Shown here: positions 25,401 through 39,800 of the stretch, one piece after another
Position numbering within the stretch: position 1 is the stretch's first letter
Layout of the letters: each line of letters begins with the position of its first letter
DNA from: Nymphaea colorata
Taxonomy: Eukaryota
DNA length: 64,000 nucleotides
Direction of reading: 5' to 3'
Assembly: GCF_008831285.2 (NCBI RefSeq)
Contig: NC_045138.2
Location: forward strand, 30,256,001-30,320,000
Notes under the pieces: generated by a model
The model's database searches: none
Seen by the model: only the letters and a program-made list of their open reading frames with translations
What the model was told of the DNA's origin: nothing
Translations under genes and position numbers: made by a program

Positions 25401-28400
25401 TGCTTCTTTCCAGGATAGGTTGAGTGTCACACCACAAACTTTAATCGCATGTCTGAAGTTTTGTCTGAAGTTTATGCATGGCATGAGCGATCAGCAATTC
25501 AGTTATGCTGAGATTGTTCAGCTAAGTCAAGGGGATCAAGTCCACTGATTAACTATTTTGCTCGCATCTGAATCATCTTAATCAATGTGACATATAGAGA
25601 TTTTGTTATACAAGATATTGGTTCTTGTGTGTTTCAGAATTGAGTCTATGCCATGTCTGTGGTTTTGTATCACCAGCGATGTCCATGTAACATGACATAT
25701 GTTGGGAAAGAACTCTGTGTCCTTTTGTAGTTGTGTGCCTCCTTGTCTGCCATGGTGTATGTCTATCCTAGCCATTGGATCAGCTGGAGAGAGCAGGTTT
25801 TAGGAAATCTATAGTACCCAATTGTACTACTTTTTTGTTTTCCTAATGTTCCAGAGACATGGGGATTGCAGGGTTTGAGTATAATGTTTTTTGTAGCATT
25901 CCTTCTGGGAACATTAGGTACAGAGTAATACCATCCATGACCTAGTAATACTAGAGATCTCTGGCAAGCAGACTCAAATTGGACCATACCAATGACATTT
26001 GCTGCTTATTTGTTGTTAGCACATAGCTTTTGCATATTAGAATGCACCTCTATAATTTGCTAAGTCTCCTGGTTTGAGGCCTTGATCCTAATCATAATCA
26101 AGTTTTGTGGACTTGATCTAACCATATTAAGTGTTTGGTTGTTATCCTTCAATGACATTTAGTGAAAGTAAATGAAAGCTTCGATACTTGTAAGAATTGT
26201 TTCTGTGTCTGAGAGCAGTATTATGATAATTGCCATGTTTTTGTTGTTCTTATTTTTCACATTTCTTTTCATGGCAAAAGGGAGTTGATTTCTCAGTACT
26301 TTTACTGATTTTGGTACACAAGTCCACCTTACTCTGACGCAGTATTCATTCTTTTGTTCATTTGTGTATGTGGCTGTGTGTTACATACATATGCTTCTGA
26401 GGGGTTCTTCAGCTTAATAAAATATCTTTCTCGAGACAGAAAGGGACTTAGTTACCTGAGGAGATTAATCTGTTGTTTCAAGGATGGTTCCATTCATTAT
26501 ACATAATCTAGTTGCTGGAAGATGCACATTTCAATCTGAATAGGTTTGGTAGTATAGATAGCAAAAATGGTTGTCAAAGCAGTTATGGAAGATTATGTAC
26601 CAAGGAAATGCATGAAGATTCGAATGTTTCACATTTACTTAATCACACCATTGTTTTGATTACATTCAAGAGTTTAGATACATTTGATGTTTGTCTAATA
26701 GGTTAGTGATGAGGGCATGCATGAATGTCACTACATGCAGTGCTGTTTGTCTCTCCAAAATTGTATACATGTTCTGTTAAAGTCAAACTGCTCAAAGAAA
26801 AAAATTACTATCACTAATGCAAGGTTCTTTGAAAGACAACTAGGTGGTATTCTATTCATCTTTTATCTATTCACTGTGCAACAAATGAAATACCAATAAC
26901 TGGAATAGAGATGGATAATATAAATGATTGAGTCATTTTCTAAGTAACTAGTTAGAAGTTAGAAATAATTGAATCAGACAAGAAAAATAGAGAGAGAAAA
27001 AAAAGCTCGATATGTTATAACCTTTGTATGCTTAATTGCCAAAATTTTATTGTATGCAAGTTTATGCTCCTGGTTAAACTTGTGATTGGAAAACCAAATA
27101 TTGGTTAAATAGAAAAATGAAATCTTGGGTTGAAACACAGTGATGATACTGCAAGCTGATAAAACATATAGAGATAATTGATGCTTCAAGAGATTATTAA
27201 TCTACGCAAGTTGAGAACTGTTTGTTTTTAAAGCTGGTCGTAGTAGTTGATTTATCAGTTAGACTATTTTGTAGGCAATGCTTGAAATTCATCAACATAT
27301 GCACAAAGTTTGGAAAAAGCAAGAAGAGGAGAGGTCAGTGTGGTCAGGTTTCTCCAATTGGATAAGAAATTTGCCCTTTGATGCTGGGGTAAAGGAATGG
27401 TTGGCTGCTGAAGAAAGATATCAGAAAGAATTGCAATTACAAAATATTCTTCCAGCTGTAGCAGACAAATTTCTTGTTGACAAAGAAGCAGGTCAGCGGG
27501 GTGCAACTATTCTTTGTTTTGATGAAATACAGGTAAATAATGACTATATTATAAATCATATCTTGTGTGTCTACATTTTTCTATGGGGCACCAATGGATG
27601 TTAATGACATAATGTCGGTCATGTTTTTGAGAGACACTTGTTTTGAAAATCATACATTACAAAAGGAAAAATAGTTAAATATTTTGTTTCAGTTGATGGG
27701 GGGAATTACAGTTGTCACCAAGTTGATGGGATTTCGTGCATTCAGAAACTCGCTTGGGTGTTCATTGCCACAGAGTTAAAGCTTGCTGTACCCTTTGGTG
27801 GTCAGGGGAACCTCAAAGGTTTTACCAATTGAAGACCTGCCAATATGCAGAAATGCTGAGGAGATTTTTTCTTGTCATGGATAAAAAGAAAGAAACTATG
27901 AAGAATGTGCTAGCACTTGGAAGCACCATAGCTCCCCTTAGTTTGTTGCTCAACGAGACGAGGACGTGGATAGTAATAACATGAAGGGGAAACTCAAGAA
28001 GGATATAGGTAGTTTGCTTACCATGAACATGATAGAGTTTCATTCACTCTTAATGTATGAAGAGAAGGAACTTGAGACTGAAAAATGAATACGTGGAAAG
28101 GAAGTGGTTCTTATGTGCATCAAGTACTCTCAGAATAATGTCTGAACAGTATTCCACCCATATATTTTAAATGTCATCGATAAAGCATAGGTTGCTCGGA
28201 GGGTGCAACAATGAAAAACAGATGTGGCTAGTATGCCTGAGACTAATTTTTGCCTCATGATAGGATGAATACTTTGCTTTCTCAGACAATATCATCTGAT
28301 CTTGCATATGGAATTGGTTCATCATGTCTCAACTGCAGCTTCTTAGCTTTAGTATCTTACATGCTTCTCGTCATAGTTGCCTTCCTTGAAATTGTTGATT

Positions 28401-30107
28401 GCTTTACGAGGTGTGCTATTTCTTATGGTCATCTTGCCTTAACAGTATGATTTTTTTTCTCTGTCTATTCTTGTGTTTAGCCTTCATGTTCAGAATTTTA
28501 TGTGGAAAATGCTATCTTTTTGACTTATTAAAGCCGCATGGGGTGTCACAATTATTCCAGATCTGATAATGGTCATCTGGTATAAATGTTTCCAAGTTCT
28601 AAATCTTGAGAAACTGGAATTTCATGTAAATTGCATGAACTGTTATTACATCGCATTCTTCTACCTCCTTAAGATGTTTATTATACAAAATTGCTGGACA
28701 TCTAGTATACAACTGCATATACCAGGTGATGTTTAGAAACTTGAATTTCAAGCAGCTTGCAAGCATTGTTATTACATCACATTCTTGTATTTCTTTAAGA
28801 TCTTTAACATAAAACATTGTTAAACATCTCGTACATCACTGCATCACCATTACCCTGAATTTGCCATATGCATGTTCATTGTTAGTTAAATTTGTAGTTC
28901 TTTCACTGCAGACAGTTGATGTGTTCGCAATTGTCGCCTTATCTGGAATTATGAACAGATTGCTTAGTACTGGAACTATTCTTGTTGCCACAAGCAATAG
29001 AGCACCAGGGGATCTAAACCAGGTAAACATGCTCATGCTATGTAAGCATCCTTCTTCACCCACTGCTCCTTTTTATTATGTTCCTTTTTCCCATTTATGA
29101 GGCCTTGATTTTGTATTCAACAGAAGGTTAATGTGATTATGCTGGGCGAAAATTCTATCATATGCCATTGAGATATATGAATTCATTTTATGTAAACGAC
29201 AAGCTTTTGAAAACTTGTACTGTGACATTTATGCATATTAGTCACCAAAATCCAATATTTTGAAGAGATCCTAATATTATAAGCCATTTGAAGCATGCCC
29301 ATAGGATTGTCGAAGTATCACAGTTTTTGAAATATCTGCAACAAATATACGTCCAAATTTCATGACGTGCAGGCCCTTTTAGATGTTTCAGCATGGTCTG
29401 TGTGCTAAAAACTAGCTGTTGGTTCATGTTTGTTTATCAAGGCTGATCTAAACAATCCCATCCTGTATATAGGAAAATGGCATGCGTGGACCAAAGTTTG
29501 GAGTTCTGGGCCTCATTATGGAGAAGAAGCTTCTGATTCTATTTCGCATATCTGACCTAAAAGGTGCTTGGACATGGTACATTTACTATAAAGCATCTAA
29601 TTGGCCATGCTTCATGTAGAAAAGGTAATCTCGAGTCCAAATTATGACAAGTCTGAGCCATTAAAATTTCAAACTTTACTACTACAGGAAACATATCTGT
29701 GATTTGATCATAAGCCTCATAAAGTTGATCATGTACAGCACATTGTTATGGTCAAATTTTGTCAAGTAATGCACACTGCAGTCTACATATTTGTGATGCA
29801 CATGATGTAGTTATTCATAACAAAGTAATATATGAGAGTGAGAGAGAGACAAATAACTATATCTTGTGCATCACAAATATGTGGACTGCAGTGTGAACTC
29901 AGTTCTTTTAACAAAAATCTGACCATGCAAATGTGCTGTACATGGTCAACTTCATAGGAGCTAACTATTAAATCACATGTAGGTTGTCAAAAGATAGAAA
30001 TTTTAATGGTTCAGAATTTTCGTAAATTTTTAGGGCTCAAAATTATGTTTTCTACAAGAAGCACCTGTTAGATGCTTTAAGCAAATATACCATGCCAGAG
30101 CACCTCT

Positions 30108-30151
<44 letters not shown>

Positions 30152-30859
30152 TGCCAATTAAGGGTTTACTAGTTCTGTACTCAGAGCAGAGATCTTTCTC
30201 TCAATGGACCTGACACATATGTTTGGCTGACTTTAGCATGTGGTTATACTTTGTGAAGCAAAACTATAGTTTGTTTCGCTTTGAAGTCTTGATAGGGTGT
30301 TATTCTGGTGTGCGTAATATTTGTCCTAGACATGGTAATCACATGATCCAGCACCTTTACTAAATAAACCATATAAATCATACACATAGAATCTTCTAAT
30401 GTTTCAGAGATTTGATTGAGAAGTCTAAGAGGTTTCACAAAGTGGTAACAAATGTCTCCAACTGATGCAAATACATTTCTGTGCACATATGCAGCCTTAA
30501 AATATGCTGAAAGTCTCGTTTCAAAGAGAACATTGCATGTGCTGACGTACCACATGTTTTCTTTGTAAAGATTTCTCATTCTAAGAAACTTGTTTTCCAA
30601 CATAGGACGGCATGCAGAAGGAGATTTTCTTAACACTTCTCTCCAAGTTGGAGGAACATTGCCAAACCATCTTGGTTGGCAGTGAGACTGATTATCGTCG
30701 CATTCTCGCAAAGGACACGGATGCTCAGGTGAGATAGTTGGATATCAAATCAATTTGTTGTCTTTACTATTTTTATTCTGTTTCCTGTTTCTGAAACGAC
30801 AGTTTCACTTTTTCTCTTACCTTGCTTTGAGCTGGATACCTACACACAAATGCAAACAA

Positions 30860-30924
<65 letters not shown>

Positions 30925-31099
30925 AACTCTAAACATGCTAATTCTTCTTAGAATTAACGGATGCTCAGGTGAGATAGTTGGATATCAAATCAATTTGTTG
31001 TCTTTACTATTTTTATTCTGTTTCCTGTTTCTGAAACGACAGTTTCACTTTTTCTCTTACCTTGCTTTGAGCTGGATACCTACACACAAATGCAAACAA

Positions 31100-31149
<50 letters not shown>

Positions 31150-34085
31150 CAACTCTAAACATGCTAATTCTTCTTAGAATTAATGGATTATAATATGCTA
31201 AAGTACATGAGGCCAGTTTTATATTTTTCGTCCAGTCATTTGTCAATTCAATTATTATTTGAAGACAGGTTCACTACTTTTGGCCATTAGAAAGTCATTC
31301 GCTGAAAGAATTTGAAAAAATGTGGAAAGATGTCATTGACAGAGTAGGAGGAGGAAATACTACTTGTACAATTCCAGTCATGTTTGGAAGGTATGGAGAA
31401 AATAATTTGAGATCTTTTTCAGAAGATAGTTAATAATGTCTTTTTCTTTATTTTGGAGGAAATTCTTTGAAATCTTTTCCAGAAGATAGTTGATAATGTC
31501 TTTTCTGTATTTTTTGGTCTATGAGCAGATCATTGGCTGTCCCTGAAAGCTGTCATGGTGTAGCAAGGTTCACCTTCGACTATCTTTGTGGCCAGCCGGT
31601 AGAAACTTAACATTCCTGTGAAAATGATAGTTATAACTAGTTGGCTTTGTGATACGGTTTTAGATCTTAGAATATCATCTTGTTTTTAAACTTTTAAGAG
31701 TTCTTAGATAACTGAACATTATCTCACAGATATGCTTTCCATTATATGCAGCTTTTGTGTTCGTTCTTATTGCAGCATTAAGTTACTAAACTTTCCTATA
31801 GAAGTTATTGTAAATATTGACATCCTATCAACTTGGTTTGGACCTTGACTTAATGGTTCTTATAACAAGGGCACTTGATATTTCTATATCTTTTACTTGT
31901 ACTCAGGGTGTTGTTGTTTCTGATTGCTGTGAAAGGAATTATGGTTATCTTCACATCACATTTTTTTAATCTGATTTTTGTGTCATCAACTCATCATGAT
32001 GTTAATGCATATACAAGTAAATAGTCTTCATGAAGCTATTTGGAGTAATGTTATTGATGCATAAATATTTTCAGGTGGGGGCACCAGATTACATAGCAAT
32101 AGCAAAGAACTATCACACCATTTTTATATCTGACATTCCCTCAATGAGTATGCGCATTAGAGACAAGGTAATGCAACCAAAGCAAGTAAACTTTTTTTAA
32201 TATTCATTAGGGACATGGCCCGATCATTTTACTTGTAAGAGAAGACATTGTTACATCAGATATTGCTGCTTGCATATGTAGTCTACGATAAAAGTGCAAT
32301 ATAGAGTCTATCCTTAATTACTTTCATAGACACATCTGCCTAGTTAAATGGGTATACACACTCCTGCAGAAGGTATTCAGTGCCATGGGCTTTTATCTAT
32401 ACGAAAAGCCTTTTCTTGGACGTGCATTACATTTTCCATTTCTAATACTAGGAAACTGCTCCTGGGATGTGAGAATTAGTCTCACTCCCAATGGCATAAA
32501 ACCCTGTGGCCAGTATCCTACCCCTATGCCTAAACTTGCTTAGGCTTGCACTGAAGGTGTTGAATATGTGTTTGAACTATGATTGTTTTTCTGACAGCCA
32601 AAGCCCAACCAACTTTGGTTGGGGATAATTTCCATATTACATTTCACTCCTTTTGGACATCACTCTGTCTCATAGATAAAATGTGATCTGTTTCTACTAG
32701 TAACTTTCATGAAGCATTCCTCAACCTTCCTCTTCTTTTATAGTATTTCTTTTCTTTTCTTACTTTTTTTGGTAAGTTATTGTCTTCAGCTTTTTTAGTT
32801 CCACTGCAGGCTAGAAGATTTATCACGCTCATTGATGAGTTGTACAACCACCGTTGCTGCCTAATTTGTAGTGCTGCTGCTTCAATTGATGATCTGTTTC
32901 AGGGAACTGATGAAGGAACACTGTTTGACTTAGAAAGGTTCTGCTTTTAGTTGCATATGCTAAATTTTCCAGCTACATGGAGTGTAACTTGTTTTATTGG
33001 CTGTCCGTGATCTTATGCATGTTTTTTATCATTCCTTTAATTGGAGATTCGTACAGGATGGTGGTTAATAGATTTACATGGAAATTTCTAAGGTAAGTTG
33101 ATTAACTAAAATTGGAATTGAGAGGATTTAATAAGATTTAAAAATCAAGAAGGTCAACACTTCTATAAATAAGCACTTCTTAGTAGCCTGTCCCTTAAGT
33201 AAATATTCAGGAGACTACTCTACCACAACAATGAAGAGTAATTTTAATTTGTATAAATGCTAGCATTGGAAATCCATATATTTTCACAAGAAAACTTAAT
33301 TTATTTTTCCATAAGATTTGCTTAAGCCAAGAAAAGAATTTCCCTGAGGCATTTATCATTGCGCTGAAAGAACTTTTTCCTTACAAGCTAATTAATGTGT
33401 ATACCCACAAGCTTGAAGTCATGCAGTCTGTCTAATATTTTCAAACCATTAGAGCCATGTCCTGGTATTCAAATCCTGCTGTTAAGTATAGTATATGCAA
33501 CCTATGAACATTAACAAACTTATTTTGTTTGTGTTAGTAATTTGTTACGTAGGAAACATATATTTACTTTCATCCTTGACTGGCATAATGCAGCTTCCAG
33601 TTTGAGACTGAAACAGAAGGAGGGAAACTTCGCCGGGATGTACTGGCAGAAGGAGGTACAGGTGGAAGCTTGGCTCCTACTGGGATTGCTTCACTTCTAT
33701 CTGGAGAAGAAGAGATGTTTGCATTCCGACGAGCAGTAACCTGTCTTCCTTTCCCAAAATATTTTTGGTTTTTATTTGGCAAATGGGTGGTTCATTTCTT
33801 AGTTTTGGCTAGACAAGTTGCACACACATTTCTCAGTTCCAGTGATGACTAGTAGGCATGTTCCACACACATTTCTCAATTGCAGTGAATACAACTTCGC
33901 TATTCCTCTTATTTACTATAACCTAAGCTTAGGCCCTCTGTCTTTTCCTTGCACTCAAGTTAATTCCTACTGCATGTGCCTTTGGACATACCTTTTTATA
34001 TTTTAGGTAGTTTTTGTGTTTTAATTTTGTTATTTTCCATGATAGTTAATTCATTTGAACTTCAAATGTGCTTTGTTATTCTCTT

Positions 34086-34136
<51 letters not shown>

Positions 34137-34308
34137 ATAATATTGATTCTAATCACTAAAGTTTAATTCAGATATCATGGCCGATTCTAATGACTAAATT
34201 TCTATGCAGATATCACGGTTGGTAGAGATGCAGACGCCTATATATATCCAAGGAGTTAGGCATCATCCTTACTTCCTGCTCAATCCTCAAGTGCCTTTTC
34301 CTTATTAA
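22435..34308 (+). CDS. AFG1: AFG1-like (LACE1/ZapE family) ATPase, 14 exons, 600 aa
   Basis: Exons: 22435-22591, 23081-23223, 23308-23441, 24769-24911, 25134-25213, 27275-27532, 28912-29022, 30606-30728, 31269-31390, 31529-31598, 32075-32167, 32810-32937, 33594-33735, 34210-34308. All introns GT-AG; total 1803 nt in frame. Walker A PKGIYIYGNVGTGKT, RRFHFH, Walker B LCFDEIQ, LVATSNRAP, ARRFITLIDELY, EEMFAFRRAISRLVEMQT. N-terminus resembles a mitochondrial presequence. Confidence 0.93.
27820..28170 (+). mobile_element. Highly degenerate L1-type LINE reverse-transcriptase relic in AFG1 intron 6
   Basis: Translated fragments CQYAEMLRRF (like LQYADDTLLF), SLLLNETRT (like SGLxINxxKS) and KMNTWKG...CLNSIPPIY (like WKG...VLSSIPIY) appear in the expected order, with stops and frameshifts. 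Confidence 0.35.
29557..30110. mobile_element. Long fold-back (Tourist/Harbinger-like MITE) in AFG1 intron 7
   Basis: Arms of about 260 bp are reverse-complementary. Ends: CTAAAAGGTGCTTGGACATGGT / ACCATGCCAGAGCACCTCTTAG. Core: CACACTGCAGTCTACATATTTGTGATGCACA / TGTGCATCACAAATATGTGGACTGCAGTGTG. Loop about 35 nt; TAA/TTA at the ends. Confidence 0.75.
30717..31183. repeat. Near-perfect tandem duplication (240-bp period) containing the AFG1 exon 8 donor and a (GA)n tract
   Basis: ACGGATGCTCAG|GTGAGATAG...CTTAGAATTAA starts at both 30717 and 30957. The copies differ essentially only in the GA tract. Confidence 0.95.
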
Positions 34309-36717
34309 ATTTCAATTTTAATATTTGAAGTTATTTTTTGACCGGCAATTAAGCATCCCATGAGGGATCTGCCTGACGTCAGTTTTCAATGGAAAAAAGA
34401 AGAAGACCATGCTACTGTCTAGTGAAGTTGCTGCTGATGTCTCTCTCTCTCTCATATACACATACACAATCATGCATACGTTTGAACGGATCTATGCACT
34501 AATTATTCTATCCGCCTCCACGTGTATTGAGGAAGCTTTGTTTATCATGTCAGTTGGTCTCGTCACTTTCAATGTACTATAATATTCATGACAAATCTCA
34601 ACATCATATCTTGTAGGTGTTGGGAGAGCAGAGGAGTATTTCCTTCTACTGCCCAACAGTGGGCCAAAGCCCTCACGCCTTCCTTTATCTTCTTAGGGTC
34701 TTGACATGCTTTTGATGCTTCAGAAAAAGTTGTTGTTATGGTTCAATTTGTATATCGGTACTCTCTTTTTTCAGCACAAGGAGTTGGCGCGTAAGGAATT
34801 CAAAAAGAAACTGGCCGCCCCTGTCCCGCCCGCTCAATGTGCCTTGGAGATATCATATCATGTATAGTGGGGATGCTAAAGGTGCAAGGGTATTTATTGG
34901 ACTCAGCTTTAGCACATGAAGGTTAAAATATTGTATTGTTGAGTATCTAATGGCTAGTCTTCTTTCGCAATATTAGATCTAGTGCAGGATCCATGGCACT
35001 TCCTCCAAAGGTCCCGTGCCTATGTGACACAGGTGTGTGTGGATGTGGTGCATATTAGGGAAAAAACATGACTAAAGGTGTGACGAGTATATATATATAT
35101 ATGTAATATTTAATGAGTTATGATTTTACCAATGATTCATAAAGCAAATTAATTGTCACCCACAACCGCATTAGTTCGTGTATGGCAACTTCTTGGAAAC
35201 GTCCGTGTTACTTAACCCTGTACTTATATTTAGCGTGGATCTTTTGCCAGGAGAAATCTCCTACATGTGTATTTTTTTTTTCCTTGCACACAAGTGTTTC
35301 CGTAAGACCTAAAAGTTTGCAGTTTTGTGTTATTGATTTTTGAAAAATTAATATTATAAGTTTCTTCTAATCAAATGAGCTATGTAGCTGAATAACCTTC
35401 GAATTCAGATATCCATAAGAAACTTCTACTTTGACATGCACAACGTGAGAAATGGTCCAAATTTTTAAGCCCAGACAGACATAGGTCAAACGGGCCAGAC
35501 TCATTATGTAGCGCGTCTCCAGTTTGATTCGTGAGGGCTATGCTTCTGTACTCAAAAGGGATGCTGCCTCTCCATGTTGCAAGTAAAAGCACTTGGAGAT
35601 CTCATCTGCACTTGGAGATCTCATCTCCTGGAACCAACACAGCTCTGGATTCTAAGGGCAACAAGAGGAGTGGGGGGTTGCCCTTCGGCTCTCGCTCAAA
35701 TGGTGGGATTCATCCCTTTGCTCACCTCTAAACCTCATTACAGATAACTCTGATTTTTTCTTTCCATGGACGTTTTTCAAACTTGGACAGGATGACAGAT
35801 AGCATCTTACCCAGTGGCATTATCAAAGAAATAGCGAGTCCGGCGAATCTGCGTGCGTATCTTATGTCTACAACAGAAATTCAGCCTGCTTAGTTTCAAT
35901 TATGGGCATGACGATTTGAAAAATAGATCACTCATATATCAGCCTCAAAATTCCTCAGGATTACTGGACACATGATAATAATATGCTTTTTCCTATAACA
36001 TTTTAAGCTTCACATATTGAGAAACAGTAGCGCACACATTAGTGGGAATCAGGATCACCAACTGTTTAACCTTGCTAAGTTGCCTAACCATGATAATTCA
36101 GTTTAGTTGTTAGGGTATTTTCATTAACATACCACTGACTCTTAAATCACCAACTATAGATAATGGAAATCATCCTCAACCACAAACTTTATATTTCTGC
36201 ATCCTTTTCAGCCTTCATGATACTAACAGGAGGAGTTAAGTCTTTCACAGTTGAAAAGACACTAAAGGGGAAAAAAGGAGAGAGATTCTCAAGCTGGTGG
36301 GAATATCCAATATCAGTTATGCAGGGAACGTTTCCCCCTCTTTCTTCTTTTCCCCATTATGGCAGATACATCCTACTTTTACTCCATTTTGGATAGGATA
36401 AGTGCACTTTCTTAGTGGGGGCTGCATTTACTTGGAGGAATCGAAATCAAATTTTATTACTTCATTCATTCCGTGGAAGTTAACATGAAAAAAGACACGT
36501 TGCGGGCACCAATGAATGCATTTCTCTATCTGCTAGATTATGTCATCACCAAATTCCTCCACTTCTTTATGTTAATTGGACGGCGATTTAAAGTATTGAA
36601 GCAAGTATTTCTTTTCATCCATTGTTGGTTGGCTCTCTAATAGCTTTCCATGAGCCTCATCCCTTAGCGGATGTCAAATCATGCTCCACTTGATTTTGTG
36701 CTTCGACTTACCTTTTA

Positions 36718-36872
36718 AGGCGGTTTGGAAGCATAAACATTTTGTGAATGTTTCATAACTCTATCTCAAAGATTGAAGCAAGTTCATGTAACAATAGTTA
36801 TAGTATCTGGTCTCAATCTTTTGGGTAGATTAATGAGACACTCACAAAGCGTCTATGCTGCCAAACGACCCC
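36718..36872. mobile_element. Tourist-like MITE (~155-bp palindrome)
   Basis: Left end GGCGGTTTGGAAGCATAAACATTTTGTGA pairs with right end TCACAAAGCGTCTATGCTGCCAAACGACCCC. Flanked by TTA/TAA. Confidence 0.7.
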
Positions 36873-39800
36873 TAATCACATTTTCTATTCAAATGACCAC
36901 ACGAAATCTATAAACTCTAATAATTCTTAAACAGCATATTGTCTTCATGTAAAGGAATTCAGAATCGTAAGGCCCACTTCTGAAATCAAGGTCAAGCATT
37001 GGGCACTCGGATGAAAATTTCTGAATTGACTATCAAACTTGCAATGGCCTAGCCTTCATGAGAGAAAAATTGAACATTGCGCTTCTTTTAGTAACTTCTC
37101 GGTTCAGTGCAAACAACGTGGCATGATCCACCAACCTGATCATATGAGGACGTGGATTTTATTTCTTGAATTCCACTCGGCCGCAAACTTTTCTACTCTT
37201 TAGGGGCATTTGAACAATGGGCCGCTGAAACATTTTCTTCCTACACCCAGCTGTTAACATGCTCTTCATGCAACAGACACTTGTTCAATTTGGAGTCATC
37301 GATCGATCTACCCATGCACTGTATTTGAATTATGACTTAAGGAGGGAAAATATCTTAAAGGCTGAAAGCCCTTCCTCTTTCCCACTGCCCCTGAGCTGGT
37401 ATGGGATTTATATGGAAACCAGAACACTTGACAATTGAGCGTCATACATGCACTCAGAAAAATAATGCTCATGAGAATCAAACTAACAACCAAACTTTCA
37501 GTGGTCTTCGAGTTTAATCAACTATATGCTACATCCCTCGAAGCACAGGTTACAACTTAAGGGGATAAGATAAAATGATGTAACAACCATCAACTAGAAA
37601 CTTGAGTTCATAAGGTGAGAATATCATTTTTTTATATTGAATAGTCTTGCTTCCGGATTTGGGTGAACATACAGTATATTTCAAGTGTCATGTTGTTTAC
37701 AACTCAAGAAAAATAATACATTAAACCATGACAGTGACTGAAATTTGAAGCTCCAATTTCTTGAGGTGCTTTGCCACCCAATTGCTCTATAATTTTCTCG
37801 TGTTCGCAAGCATTTTCCGTTCAATACATGCTGCTGTCACGAGTGGGGAAAAGACTAATGAGAGAGGGCGTCAATCCCGCAGAGCAGGGCGCTAAAATTG
37901 GCAGTCGGAAGCTGATAGTCAACTAGCTAGGCAGCCATTAAAATCATATAGATCACTCCATAGATTTAGAACAAAACCAAGTTCTTATCTGAACGCAGAT
38001 GCATATATTTAATAAGATGATAAAATGAAGCGCTGAACCAGAAAATCTTGTGCAAGAGAGAGAGAGAGAGCTTTTTTACCTTGTTTGAAGAAAGTCAGGA
38101 GTTCAATGTCTGGTCGTTGGTACTCCAGTGAAGTATATCATGAATTACCTTTTCTTGGAAGAAGAAAAAAAAACAAAAAAAACCAAAGTTTAAATAATGA
38201 AAAACCTTTCATTTCACTACTAAGTTAAAATATGTTTCTATAAGTTTTATAATTTAAAACCCAAGTGGATTAACGAGTCAAAAATGACTTAGAACACCAA
38301 GAAAATTTCAAATCATTTTTTTTGACGTTTTGTCTATTTGGTCTCAGTTTTCTTTAAAAAAAATTCTTTCTTCTCCTAGTTTTTGAAACATTTAAGTGCT
38401 CAATATTCATCATCTGCTCATAAAAGAAAAGGTAAAGGACTCTATTTTTTTTATCTCAAGAAAATTCACCACAACCGTTTGTTTTTTTAATCTTATGCGT
38501 ATCTAAAAACGTCACCATTTTGAAAATATTAAAAATTTAGGTGTCTTCCTGAAAATTTCAACTGTACAAAGAAGAGATGGCCACTTCACCACCTTTTCTT
38601 CCCCTTTATCCATTCCAACCCGATAATTGCTAAATTTAAACATCTGAAAAAACAAAACTGAATTTTGGCTGAGGATATCTTAAATTTTATTAAAATGCGG
38701 AGGATATGAGAAATATATTGGCCATTTAATGAGAAGAACATTATATTCTTAAAACATAAAATTTGAAACCTGCATGTTAATTAGTGAAGAAACATGATGT
38801 GATTATGTTGCTTTTAAATTCATCTATTAAGCAAGAATATAGCATTTCTCGAGTATATATTGTCAAAACTGTTGTTATATTCTTCTTACCAAACAATTAT
38901 TTTAATTATTAAGATAGCTCACTTTTACTTAATTAAATTCTACTCATTTTCTTAAGAGAAATTAATTTGTAAACGTCAGCAAAATAAAAGAGGAGACACA
39001 TCACTCCACTTACAGCCAAATAATGTGCCATACGTCATACTTATCTTTTCGTTAAATTTATTAGAAAAAGGAAAGAAAGAAAGAAAGCATCTCTTTTAGA
39101 AAAGCATCCCAACTTTGATTCTATCAACTGTCGGCATAAAAAAATGTAACTTAATATTGCATTCCTTCCCTCAGTAATATTTCTTTTAAGAATTTATTGA
39201 CTAAAAATGAACGGGTACTCCTGATGCATGGAAAAGTTTTATAACTAGGACTCAAAATTTTTGAGAAATTATATTTCGCCGTCCAATATATGAGTTGTTT
39301 AGTCGAAATCAATCATTTTCCAGCGTTTCAAGGGAGGTTGACCATATAAATTGAGTCAGAATGCTAAAAGATGCGTGAATAGATTAAAAATTGGTGACTT
39401 TTGAATGTGGAAAACCCAATTTTGTCATCCTAAAAGCTTAGGATTGTTAATTTTTTAATTCTTAAAATATGACACATACGTCATAGTTTTGGTACTTTAA
39501 GATTTTGTGAATTTTACATATCTTAACCAACATGGGATATTTTGAAAAATACCAAAATCAGGTGGAATTAGCGCTGGTGAAAAACATACGCTTATACATA
39601 AAAAAAAAATGGTGCCTAAATGAAATATATATACAAAGGAATTGAAATCAGTCGGTTACCTTTATGATCATAAAGTACGATTGTTTTTTTATTTTTGCTT
39701 CGTTAAAAACTGTCGCAAAAGGAAGCATTTGCAACAACCAAGTGCTTACCTATGATTTCATGATATAAATCATTAAAAAAATAACCATTCAGCTATAGAA

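Noticed and set aside
30755..31177. 140-aa ORF with an internal repeat and poly-ER
   Set aside because: Translation of the intronic duplication and GA repeats.
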